From assembly GCA_963845755.1 (NCBI GenBank), contig CAWJTV010000034.1, positions 96,001-160,000 on the forward strand: a stretch of 64,000 nucleotides of DNA, written 5' to 3'. The translations under genes were made by a program, and so were the position numbers. This stretch comes from an uncultured Planctomycetota bacterium (GTDB lineage Bacteria > Planctomycetota > Planctomycetia > Isosphaerales > Isosphaeraceae). Shown here piece after piece: positions 31,687 through 43,674 of this stretch. Positions within the stretch are counted from its first letter, which is position 1. Every line of letters starts with the position of its first letter. The notes beneath the pieces are model-generated. The model did not search any database. It saw nothing but the letters and a program-made list of their open reading frames with translations, and was not told the origin of the DNA.

Positions 31687-32923
31687 TCAATTGATGAGCA
31701 TGTCGTGTCCCCGAGCCGGCCCCGTCGGGAAATGGTTCAGGTCAATATTGAAGAACGGGTCGACCTTCATCCCATCGGGGCCGATGTGGACCAGTCGCAC
31801 ATAGAATCGTCCCGAGTGGTCGAGCGTCGAGAGCAGCGAGTTTGACACGTACATCCGCTTGCCATCGGCGGTCGACGTGCATCATGTTGGGCTGGACGCA
31901 AGGGGCGACGGTGCTGAAGAGGCGAGGATGCTCGGGGTCGGAGACGTCCCACTGCTGGATCGAGTTGTCGCCGAAGCAGCTCACGTAGAGGTACTTGTCG
32001 TCGGGACTCTGGCGCAGGTCGGCGGGGATCGCGCCGGTGTCGGCGACCTTCTTGAACTCGTAAGGACCCGAATCGGTCCCCTTGAATAGCCAGATCGAGT
32101 TGTCGAAGGCGCAGTTGGTGAAGCCGTAATTGTTCTCCGGCTTGAGGCTCCAGCGTACCTCCAGTGGCGCCAGGCCCGTCTTGCCAACCTGAAGCGGTTG
32201 GCGGTTCTTGAAGTCCCAGACGACCAGCTCGCTGCCGAAATCTTTCAAGTCCATGTTCGCCAGCGGCTTCTTGTAGTTGCGCAACGGCGTGAAGCTACTC
32301 GTTACCATGCGGTTCAGCGACGGCTTGATGGCCACGTCGTAGCCATAAGGCGCCTTCTCGGGTTGCTCGATCCGGCGGATGAACTTGCCGTCGTTGGTGA
32401 ACTCAGCCAGGCCCGTCGGCAGGCCGCCGCTGGATGAGCCGAGGAAGCTGATCAGCATCCGGCCCGGTAGCGCGTAATAGCTGTGAGGGCCGGATAACCC
32501 GGATAACTCGGGGACGTTCTCCAGCACCTTTTCCACCTTAGGCCTGGCCGGGTCGGTCGCAACATCCAGGATCCAGATCCGGCTCGAGAACAGACCGCCC
32601 GCCCAGATCTTCGTCCGGTCGTCGGTGTAGCCCCAGTGGTGCGTCTCGTTCCCCTTGGTGCCCAGGTCCACGCTATGCAGGATCGTGCCGAAGGTCGCGC
32701 TATCCGGATTCACGTCGATGACCGTCATGAAATCATTGTCTTTCGCATCCGCGTTAACGCAGAAGACATAAAGGTATTTCTCGGGGCGATCCAGCCGTTT
32801 GACGAACGGCGACAGGCAAGTCTCCGCCGGTGACCGAGTGGGCGGGATCAGCGCGGCCGATGCTATCGCGAACAGGGCCAGGCCCAGAAGCCGACCTCGG
32901 TGATTCCTCGACCGCTGTGCCAT
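31687..32923 (-). CDS. Selenium-binding protein SBP56 / methanethiol oxidase family, secreted (frameshift near 31873)
   Basis: DFMTVIDVNPDS.TFG, GNETHHWG, GPHS, GDGKRMYVSNSLLSTLD. Confidence 0.85.
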
Positions 32924-32973
32924 CGTTCGTCCTCCTCGTTGCGAGCGTCCCAAATGCAATGAATCCCATCGTG

Positions 32974-33426
32974 TCAGGAACTGACCTGGCTGATCTCGCG
33001 TTCGCTCGATTCCGCGGGCGTCGGGGCGGGGGCCCGACCTGGCCATCGGGGCGGCGCCAGGATGAACGTGCCCAGGACGACCAGCCCGAACAGGATGTAG
33101 ATCACGGTGAAGCCCCACGGCGGGGCATCGTAGAATATCAGTTGATGCGCCCAGTGACCGATGAAATCGCCCGAATAGCCGGCCTGTCCGGCCGCGGTCC
33201 GGAGCTGGTCCTCCCACGAAGTGAGCGGGCACTTCATCCCGACGAACTCCTCGGCGACGACGATCCCGATCATGGTCAGATGGATCGAACGGAACCAGAA
33301 GTTGCGAATCCAATCCCACCGGAACCCGATCCCGATCAAGATCGCTCCCAGGCCCAGGACGATAAAGCTTGCGTAAGCCGCGTGTATTGCAACGATCAGG
33401 TCCGCGAGCAGTTTGGCCCAGGGCAT
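32974..33426 (-). CDS. DUF2784 family membrane protein
   Basis: LADLIVAIH, CPLTSWE, DFIGHW. Confidence 0.85.
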   Translation of the reverse strand: MPWAKLLADLIVAIHAAYASFIVLGLGAILIGIGFRWDWIRNFWFRSIHLTMIGIVVAEEFVGMKCPLTSWEDQLRTAAGQAGYSGDFIGHWAHQLIFYDAPPWGFTVIYILFGLVVLGTFILAPPRWPGRAPAPTPAESSEREISQVSS

Positions 33427-33485
33427 GGCTGGCCTCCTTCGACATAGAGCCCTTCCGCCCAGTGTGCGATGATCCGCCTCAACGT

Positions 33486-34728
33486 TCAAGGAGCGGCCGG
33501 AGGAAGGTCTCGCCCGAATGCCCCATCGGCGGCGCGGCAGATGTGGATCTCCGGGGTGATGCCGGTGTCCCGGGCGTACTTTGTCCGGACGGCTTCGGCG
33601 AAATCGCCGGTGCGGTCAGTATGGACCAGGTTGACGGTGCAACCAGCCCAGCCGGCACCGGAGAGCTTCCCACCGAGGTAGCCGGGGGCGGCTTCGGCCG
33701 CCTCGATCAGCGCATCGAGCGCCGTGCGAGCTGTTTTCGAAGTCGTCGCGGCTGGAGGCGTGTGAGGCCGACATCAGCCGGCCGAACGCCAGGACATCGC
33801 CCGCCTTCAGCGCCTCAACTCCCGCACGCACCCGCTCGTTCTCGCTCAGGACGTGACGGGCTCGCTTCCGCCCGATCGGGTCGAGCTGGCTCCAGTCGGC
33901 TTCGAGTTGCTCAAGCGGCACCCACGACAATTGAAATTCCCCGCGATGAGGGATCCGGTCGCGGAACGCTGCCACAACGCGCTCGCACTCCGCGCGCCGC
34001 TGGTTGTACATCCCGTCGGCCAGGCGACGGGAGGTCTGGGAATCGCAAATCACGATCGCCGGCGCCGGATTGCCCAGGGGCAACCGGTCGTGCTCAAGGC
34101 TCCCGCAATTGAGGAACAGGGCATGATCGGCCCGTCCGAAGAGGCTCGAAAACTGGTCGAGCAGGCCGGAACCAACCCCCACGAATTCGTTCTCCGAGCG
34201 CCGAAGGGTTTTGGCCAGCTCCATGCGACACTGGTCACCCGGGTCGTGCATGAACTCGCGATTCGATCGGCCCGGGACGACATCGAGCTGGATCAGGAAC
34301 CAGGCGATTGCGACCTGGAGGCTCGCGGAACTGGATAATCCTGCACCGAGCGGGATGTCGCCGAAGATGGCCGCTTCGAAGCCCGACTCGAACGGCCCGC
34401 ACGATTCGGTCAAGGCCCAGAAGACGCCTCGGGCATATCGGGGCCAGGTCCCGGCTTCGGTGCGCTCGATCGCATCGAGCGAGAAGGTATCGGACTCATC
34501 AAGATTCAGCGAGAAGAACCGGGACTCCCGGCCATTGATCCCACGCCCCAGTACGATCGTGGAACGATCGATGGCCGCGGCCATGACCAGGCCACCGTTG
34601 TAATCGGTGTGGTTGCCCAGGAGCTCCACCCGACCGGGAGCCCAGCCGAGCACCGCCGGCTCGGCGCGGAACTGGGCTGTGAACGCCGCTCGGGCTCGAG
34701 GCAACAGGTCTTCCCATGCAGCGGGCAT
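33486..34728 (-). CDS. galK: Galactokinase (frameshift near 33720)
   Basis: APGRVELLGNHTDYNGG, IPLGAGLSSSAS, GLLDQ, HVLSENERV, SGAGWAGC. Confidence 0.9.
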
Positions 34729-34861
34729 AAATGAGCCTGGGATTCCTGTGGCGGGCAACCCCGGTCAGGTCGCGCCGGGGTTCGATGTCGAGTGTGCCAG
34801 GGAGGTGGGCTCCGGCCTGGGCCATGCCGGCTCAGGCGGAGCCTCGTCATCCCGAACATGT

Positions 34862-36058
<1,197 letters not shown>

Positions 36059-36254
36059 GGAAAAGAGTCTCCTGACGGTCGATCTTCGATTGTCCCGGGC
36101 CGATGATGGAGGGAGCACCAACGTATTCTGATTGGCGAATCGGCCCTCCAGACGGCCATCGTTATGGTTCTGAGTTTAGCAAGACCTCGTCAGAATGGGA
36201 AGAATTGCCGGGCCGCATGTCGCCGAAGGACAACACGTCACCGTCGCCCCAAGG

Positions 36255-37143
36255 CTACGACTCATCGGGATCGTCGTCGAAAGCCTCGTGATCGATGTCG
36301 GTTTCCTCGTTCGGCTTCCAGCGTTCCGAGGGAGGTTCGGCGTCGCGATCGCGACGGTACCAGCTCCAGAGCAGGCGGTGGGTTGCATGTTCCAGAAGGG
36401 CCATGGAGCTGGGGAATTCATACTCGACGGGATCGCCATGCTCGAGTATCGAGTGAGTCGAAGTGGTGATATAGGCGGCCTCGGCACGGGCACAGAGGTC
36501 GGCGAGGAAGACCGGGAAGTTCTCCGCGGCCGACTGGGTGAGCCGCTCGCCCAGGTAAGCGTAATTCATCTGATTCTCGACGACGCGGAAGGCGATCCGG
36601 GGGTCGCGGCGGACGATCACGACCTCGCCGACGGGGTCGCGGGGAATCCGGGTCGCACGGGCGCGGCGGCTGGATGGTTGGGGCCTCATCAGGGTCAGTG
36701 CACGGAAGCCGGACACCATCACCGACGGCCATCGCGGCGGTTGGACGTGCCGGTATTCATCCTCGGCGCCGATCCGCCCGGCGCAGATCAGCTCGATGCG
36801 GTCCCAGGGAATCCAGTGGGTCGGCTCTCCACGCAAGCCTTCGATCCGGAAGCCCTCGTCCAGGCAGGCGGCGCGATGGACCGTCCGAGCCGGACTCAGC
36901 TCCGGGAACAGGTCGGTCCGCCAGGCTTCCGCGGCGATCCGGAGCTCAAACAGCCCGTCCAGTACGGAGCGGACTTCCTTCTCCTCGAGGAGCCAGGGCC
37001 AGGTCCCCGGCGACACGCGAAAGGCCCTGCGCAGCATCGGTCGGGTGCATCCCTGTCACTCGACAGACAAGATCTCGGGCCGGCTGGAGTTCCTCGATCG
37101 CCTGGAAGATCACCAGGCGGTAGCGGGCTGAAGTCGTGGGCAT
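36255..37143 (-). CDS. Hypothetical protein (frameshift near 37020)
   Basis: ORFs 36946-37182 and 36255-37037 join; codon bias consistent with coding. Confidence 0.6.
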
Positions 37144-37182
37144 GATCGGTGTGGACTCCACAGGCTGCTGGGTCGGCCACAA

Positions 37183-37914
37183 TCAACGACCGCGCCGCGG
37201 GCCGTTCTTCTTCCCGGTCCGCGGGCCGTTTTTCTTCGATTCCTCTTTGCCCTCGGGCCGTTTCGGCAACCGGAACAGCTCGCCGACCTGCACCGAGAAA
37301 CCCGGCAGGACGTCGCCGCCATCCAGTCGCATCGAGGCGGTCAGCCGGGTGAACCGGTCCGGAGCCGTGTAGACATCCACGACCCGGCTCCTGGGTCGAA
37401 CATACCAGACCAGGCAAACGCCCTTTTCGAAATACTCCTGAAGCTTGTCCTCCATCTCTTTTCGGGTGTTGCTGGCACTGATCACCTCCACGGCCAGGTC
37501 GGGGACCAGGAGCGGGACTGCTTCCCTGGAGAACGCGCCCCCCGGCACGCGATCCCATGAGATGAAAGACACGTCGGGGATCCGCACCAGGTTCACGTCG
37601 AGTTGAACCATCCCCCCTTCTCCGGTCACCCATCCTAGCTCTCGCGGGTCAACGAAGTTGCTCAGGTGTTTGCCGATTCTCATGGCAATGTAGGAGTCTT
37701 CTCGTCCGACGGCTTTCCTCACCAAGATACCATCGACCAATTCGTAGAAACGGTCCTCATGAGCATCCAGACGTATGACGTCCTCGACGGTGCCGCAACC
37801 CGGGCGAGGATCCTGGCGGATGCGTTCGAAAGGGATTGGGCCGAACCGTCGATAGAGATCGGCGACGGTCCAGACCATATGCGGCGGCTTCCTGACGGCA
37901 CTGGGTGCGGCCAT
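37183..37914 (-). CDS. Uma2 family endonuclease
   Basis: YELVDGIL, RIPDVSF, PDLAVEVIS, DVLPGF. Confidence 0.9.
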   Translation of the reverse strand: MAAPSAVRKPPHMVWTVADLYRRFGPIPFERIRQDPRPGCGTVEDVIRLDAHEDRFYELVDGILVRKAVGREDSYIAMRIGKHLSNFVDPRELGWVTGEGGMVQLDVNLVRIPDVSFISWDRVPGGAFSREAVPLLVPDLAVEVISASNTRKEMEDKLQEYFEKGVCLVWYVRPRSRVVDVYTAPDRFTRLTASMRLDGGDVLPGFSVQVGELFRLPKRPEGKEESKKNGPRTGKKNGPRRGR

Positions 37915-38200
37915 GGCGAAGACCCTTCAGGGATCGAGAATTGGGGCCAAGAGGTATCCTAACACGATTATCGCGGAGAGCCAATCGCCACCAGGAGTTC
38001 GGAGCCGGAACGGCCGCGGTCCGGCGATGGCCCCGGCCCCGCGGGCTGGACCCGGCATGCGACGCCGGACCGGCGAGGGGTTTCCCGACGCCTGTCTTGT
38101 GGTACGCTGTGAGAGGACTCGAATCCGCGAGGCTCAACGCCGATGGCGGCCGGGTTGAGCCTGCCGGCTCGCTGCCTTCAACTTCGTAAGGGAATGACCG

Positions 38201-39112
38201 TTGCGCCAGATCGGAACCTTGCCCAAAGGACCAGACCCAAAGGTCCTGACCGACCATCTCTTTTCTCTCGGGATCAAGGCCCGGCTCGACGAGCGGCCCG
38301 AGGGGTGGGACGTCTGGATCTTCAACGAAGACCAGGTCGCTCTCGCGCACGACGAGCTGCGGGAGTACCTCAGCCGCCCCGATGACCCGCGGTTCCGCGC
38401 TTCGGCCCCAACCGCCGCGGCGATCCGGCGCAAGCAAGAGGATCTCGACAAGCAATATCGTAAGAATTTCCGCGAGGCCAGCGACCTCTGGGCCGTGCCC
38501 GGCTTCCGTCGCCGACCCATCACGTCCCTCCTGGTCGCGGCCTGCATCGTCATCTTCATCCTGCAACGTTCGTCGCAAGGATCCGTCGTCGAGCAACGAC
38601 TCTTCTTCTCCTCGTACGAGCGCCAGGGTGGGGAACGTCGGAGTCACGGACTGGACGACATCCAACGAGGCGAAGTCTGGCGATTGATCACTCCTATCCT
38701 CATGCATGGTAATATTTTGCATCTTCTCTTCAACATGTCCTGGCTCACCGGGCTGGGGACGATGATCGAGATTCGCCGGGGGACTCTCCGGCTCGCCGGG
38801 CTGGTCCTGATCGCGGCGGTCATCTCCAATACCGGCCAATTCCTTTACATGGAACAGGCCGATCCCGGAGAGGCCCACCCCTTCTATGGCATGTCGGGAG
38901 TTGTCTACGCGCTCTTCGGCTACGTCTGGATGAAAGGGCTCTATGAGCCCGAGCAGAGGATGATCATGCACCCCAACGGCGTCCTCATGATGATGATGTG
39001 GCTGTTCCTCTGCATGACCGACAGCATGTCCAGTCTGATTGGCCCGGTTGCCAACGCGGCGCATGTGATGGGGTTGGTCGTGGGGGTGACGCTCGGCGTC
39101 TTTCGGTATTAG
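38201..39112 (+). CDS. Rhomboid intramembrane serine protease (GlpG-like)
   Basis: WRLITP, HLLFN, GMSGVVY, ANAAH. Confidence 0.9.
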   Translation: MRQIGTLPKGPDPKVLTDHLFSLGIKARLDERPEGWDVWIFNEDQVALAHDELREYLSRPDDPRFRASAPTAAAIRRKQEDLDKQYRKNFREASDLWAVPGFRRRPITSLLVAACIVIFILQRSSQGSVVEQRLFFSSYERQGGERRSHGLDDIQRGEVWRLITPILMHGNILHLLFNMSWLTGLGTMIEIRRGTLRLAGLVLIAAVISNTGQFLYMEQADPGEAHPFYGMSGVVYALFGYVWMKGLYEPEQRMIMHPNGVLMMMMWLFLCMTDSMSSLIGPVANAAHVMGLVVGVTLGVFRY

Positions 39113-39151
39113 CTCGATAGACAGGCCCTGAGAGAAATCGGGAGCCGCTCC

Positions 39152-40426
39152 ATGGGGTCACCGCGGATGATCGAGGGTGCGCCGGGGGCCGCCGTGATCG
39201 GTGGCGGGTTCATCGGCCCCGTCCACGTCGAGGCGTTGCGGCGGATCGGCGTTGAGGTTGTCGGCCTCCTGGGCCGGTCGGCCGAACACACGGCCGATCT
39301 GGCGCGGCGGCTGGGCATCGCCCGAATCTACCGGGATCTGGGCGAGCTCCTGGATGATCGGCGGGTGGGAGTTGTGCACATCGCGTCACCCAATGCTCAC
39401 CACTTCGAGCAGGCGCGGAGGGTACTGGAGTCGGGGCGCCACGTGATCTGCGAGAAGCCGCTGGCGACCTCGAGCGAGGAAACGGCGGCTTTGCGGGCGC
39501 TGGCCCGGTCGCGGCCGGAGCAAGCCGCCGCGGTCAACTACAACGTCCGCTACTATCCCCTCTGTCACGAGATCCGCGAGCGGATCGCCAGCGGCGACCT
39601 GGGCCGCGTGCTCAGCGTCACCGGCTCGTACGTCCAGGACTGGCTGCTCTACCCCGAGGACTTCAACTGGCGCGTCGAGCCCGACGGCGGGACGAACCTC
39701 CGCGCCGTGGCCGATATCGGCACTCACTGGATGGACCTGGCCCAGTTCCTCATCGGCATGCCAATCCGCGCGGTCAATGCCGACCTGGCCACGTTCCATC
39801 CTCGCCGGTTCAAGCCCGTCGGTCCAACCGATACGTTCCAAGGCGCCACGGGAGCCTCCGGGCCGCGACCCACCGAGGCTGTCGAGGTCCGGACCGAGGA
39901 CCATGGCGCGGTGCTCCTCCGGTTCGACGCGGGCGCACGAGGGGCCTTCCATGTCTCCCAGGTGACCGCCGGCCGCAAGAACCGGCTCACGATCGAGATC
40001 GCCGCCACCGAGGCGGCCGTCGCCTGGGACAGCGAGTCGCCCAACCAGCTCTGGATCGGGTCGCGGCGCGGGCCCAATCAACTCCTCGAACGCGACCCCG
40101 CCCTGCTCCATCCGGACGCGGCGGCGATCAGCCACTATCCCGGCGGTCATGCCGAGGGATTCCCGGATACCTTCAAACAGCTCTACCTCGACGTCTACAG
40201 TTGGATCGTCGAGGGCCGTAAGGCCGGGCGGAAACCTACCTTTCCCACGTTCGCCGATGGGGACTGGGAGGTCGGACTCTGCGAGGCGATCGCCCGCAGC
40301 GCCGCCGAATCGCGATGGGTCTCGATGTCTGAGGTACTTCTCCACACAGAGGATGCTCCCCCACCGGCCGCCTCGCCGTCGCGATCGGAAACGGGGGATG
40401 CCGAATCCGTGAAAAACGGGGGCTGA
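39152..40426 (+). CDS. Gfo/Idh/MocA oxidoreductase
   Basis: GGGFIG, CEKPLA, DIGTH. Confidence 0.9.
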   Translation: MGSPRMIEGAPGAAVIGGGFIGPVHVEALRRIGVEVVGLLGRSAEHTADLARRLGIARIYRDLGELLDDRRVGVVHIASPNAHHFEQARRVLESGRHVICEKPLATSSEETAALRALARSRPEQAAAVNYNVRYYPLCHEIRERIASGDLGRVLSVTGSYVQDWLLYPEDFNWRVEPDGGTNLRAVADIGTHWMDLAQFLIGMPIRAVNADLATFHPRRFKPVGPTDTFQGATGASGPRPTEAVEVRTEDHGAVLLRFDAGARGAFHVSQVTAGRKNRLTIEIAATEAAVAWDSESPNQLWIGSRRGPNQLLERDPALLHPDAAAISHYPGGHAEGFPDTFKQLYLDVYSWIVEGRKAGRKPTFPTFADGDWEVGLCEAIARSAAESRWVSMSEVLLHTEDAPPPAASPSRSETGDAESVKNGG

Positions 40427-40431
40427 CGATC

Positions 40432-41349
40432 ATGAAGCTCGGATTCGTCTCGGCGATCTTGCCGGATTACACGCTGGAGCAAGTCTTTCGCTTCGCTCAC
40501 GACTCGGGCTTCTCGAGCGTCGAGCTGATGTGCTGGCCGCCCGGCAAGTCCGAACGCCGCTACGCCGGAGTCACCCACATCGATGTGACCAACCTTTCGA
40601 TGGATGCGATCGCGAAGATCCAGGACCTCATGACGATCCAGCAGGTGGCGATCTCGGGGCTGGGGTATTATCCGAATGCATTGTCGGCCGACCGGGCCGA
40701 AACCGAGGTCGCCGTGACGCACCTTCGTCAGGTCATCGATGCCGCCGCGGCCCTGAGAGTCGGCGTCGTGAACACGTTCGTCGGCCGCGATCCATCCCTG
40801 TCGGTGGACGACAACTGGCCGCGGTTCCTGGAGGTCTGGCGACCTTTGATCGCCCATGCTGAGAGCCGGAACGTCCAGATCGGCATCGAGAACTGCCCGA
40901 TGCTGTTCAGTCGGGACGAATGGCCCGGCGGCAAGAACTTGGCGACCTCACCGTCGATCTGGAGGCGGATGTTCCAGGACATCCCCAGCCCGAACTTCGG
41001 ACTGAATTTCGACCCCTCGCATTTCATCTGGCAGCAGATGGACTACCTGGCCCCACTCGCCGAGTTCCGCGACCGAATCTTCCACGTCCACGCCAAGGAC
41101 GCCCGGATCGATCAGGCCGCCATCAACCAGCACGGGGTCCTGGCCTATCCCAAGCTCTGGCACATACCGAAGATCCCCGGTTTGGGCGACGTCCGCTGGG
41201 GTGCCTTCCTGGGCGCCCTGAGCGACATCGGTTACACGGGACACGTCGCCATCGAGGTCGAAGATCGGGCATTCGAGGGCTCGCTCGAGTCGCGGCTCGA
41301 ATCGCTGCTGATCAGCCGGCGGTACCTGCTCCAGTATTGCAGCGGTTAG
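40432..41349 (+). CDS. Sugar phosphate isomerase/epimerase (xylose-isomerase-like TIM barrel)
   Basis: IENCPM, FDPSH, HVHAKD, IEVED. Confidence 0.9.
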   Translation: MKLGFVSAILPDYTLEQVFRFAHDSGFSSVELMCWPPGKSERRYAGVTHIDVTNLSMDAIAKIQDLMTIQQVAISGLGYYPNALSADRAETEVAVTHLRQVIDAAAALRVGVVNTFVGRDPSLSVDDNWPRFLEVWRPLIAHAESRNVQIGIENCPMLFSRDEWPGGKNLATSPSIWRRMFQDIPSPNFGLNFDPSHFIWQQMDYLAPLAEFRDRIFHVHAKDARIDQAAINQHGVLAYPKLWHIPKIPGLGDVRWGAFLGALSDIGYTGHVAIEVEDRAFEGSLESRLESLLISRRYLLQYCSG

Positions 41350-41443
41350 GGGCTGCTTCGGTCCAGTCTTCCGGGTTCAGAAAGTCTACGATTTATCAAC
41401 GGAACACCGAACACGGAACACCAAGCGAGCGGAGCGAGCGGAC

Positions 41444-42538
41444 ATGACGGATGGATCGGCTGAGAAACGGGACCTCGACCTGTCGGTCCTGGTCCCGGTT
41501 TACAACGAGGTTGACAACGTCGAGCCGCTGTACGACGAGCTGGATGCGGTCCTGCGCCGGCAGTCGCTCCGCTACGAGCTGATCTTCGTCGACGACGGCT
41601 CGTCCGACGGTACGGCCGCGCGGCTCGAGGCGATCCAGCGGAGAGATCCCGCGCATGTACGGGCCGCATTCCTGCGTCGGAACTGCGGCCAGACGGCAGC
41701 CCTCTCGGCCGCACTCGACCTGGCTCGGGGCGAGATCCTCATCCCGATGGACGGCGACCGTCAGAACGACCCGGCCGACATCCCCCGCCTCCTGGAGGCA
41801 CTCGGTGCGGGCTACGACGTGGTCTCCGGCTGGCGGAAAGACCGGAAGGATGCCCTGATCTCACGAAAGTTCCCGTCGTGGATGGCCAACCGCCTGATTG
41901 CGCGGCTCTCCGGCGTGCCGTTGCACGACTTCGGCTGCACGATGAAAGCCTATCGACGTCACATGCTCGAAGGCGTCCGGCTTTATGGCGAGATGCACCG
42001 GTTCATCCCGATCTTCGCCAGTTGGCAAGGCGCGCGGGTCACTGAGCTGGTCGTCCACCACCGCCCGCGCACCGCCGGCAAGACCAAGTACGGAATCGGA
42101 CGAACCTTCCACGTTGTCCTCGACCTCATCCTGATCCGCTTCTTTCAGCGCTACTCCCAACGTCCGCTTCACTTCTTCGGCCAGTTCGGGCTCTGGTCGT
42201 TCGGGTTGAGCATCCTCTGCTTCATGACGATGCTCTACTTCAAATATATCTTCCCTTGGCCCTCTCTCCTGTGGGGCTCCGATCCTACGCTCAAGGGGAA
42301 ACCCTTCGTCGAGACCCCCCTGCCCTCCCTGACGGTGATGTTCTTCCTGTCCGGTATCGTCAGCATCCTGCTGGGCATCCTGGCCGAAATCATCATGCGT
42401 ACCTACTATGAGTCGCAGGGCAAGACCACCTACCTGCTGCGCGAGGTGCGCCAAGGACCCCCGCCGGATCAGGACAAGCCCCAGGAGGTCCGCCCTGAAG
42501 ATCCCGGTCCCAGTCGAAATCAGAGGGTGAGACTATGA
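41444..42538 (+). CDS. Glycosyltransferase family 2 (ArnC/DPM synthase-like)
   Basis: PVYNE, VDDGSSDGT, MDGDRQND, HRFIP; C-terminal TMs. Confidence 0.9.
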   Translation: MTDGSAEKRDLDLSVLVPVYNEVDNVEPLYDELDAVLRRQSLRYELIFVDDGSSDGTAARLEAIQRRDPAHVRAAFLRRNCGQTAALSAALDLARGEILIPMDGDRQNDPADIPRLLEALGAGYDVVSGWRKDRKDALISRKFPSWMANRLIARLSGVPLHDFGCTMKAYRRHMLEGVRLYGEMHRFIPIFASWQGARVTELVVHHRPRTAGKTKYGIGRTFHVVLDLILIRFFQRYSQRPLHFFGQFGLWSFGLSILCFMTMLYFKYIFPWPSLLWGSDPTLKGKPFVETPLPSLTVMFFLSGIVSILLGILAEIIMRTYYESQGKTTYLLREVRQGPPPDQDKPQEVRPEDPGPSRNQRVRL

Positions 42539-42690
42539 GAATACGTATCCTCTTGAGTTCGCCCAAGGTCGATGAGACACCTCCAACGCGCCGTCCTCCT
42601 CTCACGGTAGACGGCCTGGGTATTACCCGAGCCGAGGGCCTGGCCCGTCTTCGGGAAGCGATCGAGCGGCGAATGATGGAGGGAGAATCC

Positions 42691-42749
42691 GTAGCTCAGG
42701 TTTTCCAGCCTGACGGCACCGGAACGTCAGGCTGGAACGCCTGACCTAG
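42691..42749. repeat. REP doublet (family B) between convergent genes
   Basis: GTAGCTCAGGTTTTCCAGCCTGAC...GTCAGGCTGGAACGCCTGACCTAG. Confidence 0.65.
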
Positions 42750-43491
42750 GAACAGACCGATACCACTCCAGCTCCCCAGGCAGGTTCTCTGCGGCGTACT
42801 CCAGGTGGATCACTCGGCGATGCCCCGGGCCGGTCCCCGACGCCGAGGCGTGCAGGATCAACGGCCGCATGATGACGACTCCTCCGGCCGGGACGAGGCA
42901 ATCGACGGCCAGCGCACCGGCGCGAGACGCCCAGACCGCGATCGCGCCGGCATCAAGCTTGCCCGAAGCGTGCGAGCCGGGCAGGACCCGCATTGGCCCG
43001 CTCTCCAGACCGCAATCGTCGAGATGGAGCCGGATCGTCACCATCCGCGCGAGCAGGTCTGCGGGCGCGTGAACGTGCGGAATCCCTCCCTTGAGCGTCC
43101 AGGGGCCGAAACCGGGCACTTCACGCCGGGCACGGACGGCGATCGTCAGATCCTGATGCCATGGCAAGTTCCAGTTGGCGGTCGGTGTCTTGTCGAAGAA
43201 CAGCCCGCGAACCGCAAACGATCCCGGTCCGAGGATCGTCTCGGTGATGCCGGTCAACTCGCGGGATTGGGCCAATTGGCGAACATCCTCGATCCGCCAG
43301 AGTAGATCGCGACCGCCGTAGACCTCGCCGCGACGGTCGAGCAGGCCGTCGTGGCCGCCCGTCGCGTACATCTGGGTCGCCTCGATCAGCTCGACCACAC
43401 GATCAGTCGACGTGATTTGGTCCAGAATCGCATATCCGTCGCGGTCGAGGCGCTCGCGACAATCCCGGGCCTGCTCCACAACCGCGGTCAT
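42727..43491 (-). CDS. Phytanoyl-CoA dioxygenase family protein
   Basis: WHQD, HLDD, VLPGSH, LHAS, RRVIHLEY. Confidence 0.88.
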   Translation of the reverse strand: MTAVVEQARDCRERLDRDGYAILDQITSTDRVVELIEATQMYATGGHDGLLDRRGEVYGGRDLLWRIEDVRQLAQSRELTGITETILGPGSFAVRGLFFDKTPTANWNLPWHQDLTIAVRARREVPGFGPWTLKGGIPHVHAPADLLARMVTIRLHLDDCGLESGPMRVLPGSHASGKLDAGAIAVWASRAGALAVDCLVPAGGVVIMRPLILHASASGTGPGHRRVIHLEYAAENLPGELEWYRSVPRSGVPA

Positions 43492-43674
43492 GCCCCATCC
43501 CCCCCTTATGGCGGTCGCCGGACGGAACCGGCTCTCGGATGTGGAGTTTCCACGAAATCCGAAACCTTGGCCAGTCCACTTGGCCGACCGAGGCGACCAA
43601 CCGTTGAGAGGGCACTCCCTGCGGCCAGGCCGGTTCTGGTAAGGTAAAAGGATCTACCCGAGGAGGTTCCAGTC

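Noticed and set aside
31390..31690. N-terminal extension of patatin and ORF 31442-31690
   Set aside because: Ser/Thr/Cys-rich junk-like translation; the patatin motif starts directly after the ATG at 31389, which has an AGGA RBS.
36059..36254. SAM riboswitch upstream of metK
   Set aside because: I could not identify SAM-I or SAM-II consensus elements by eye; an Rfam scan is needed.
37183..37914. Uma2 nuclease as part of the defence island
   Set aside because: It lies outside the duplication boundaries, and the family is commonly expanded in planctomycetes.
41398..41441. Short tandem repeats GAACAC(C/G) and AGCGAGCGG
   Set aside because: Too short, and no function can be inferred.
42535..42744. 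69-aa ORF after the GT2 gene
   Set aside because: It has an ATGA overlap but runs into a REP and has no recognisable family; support is insufficient.
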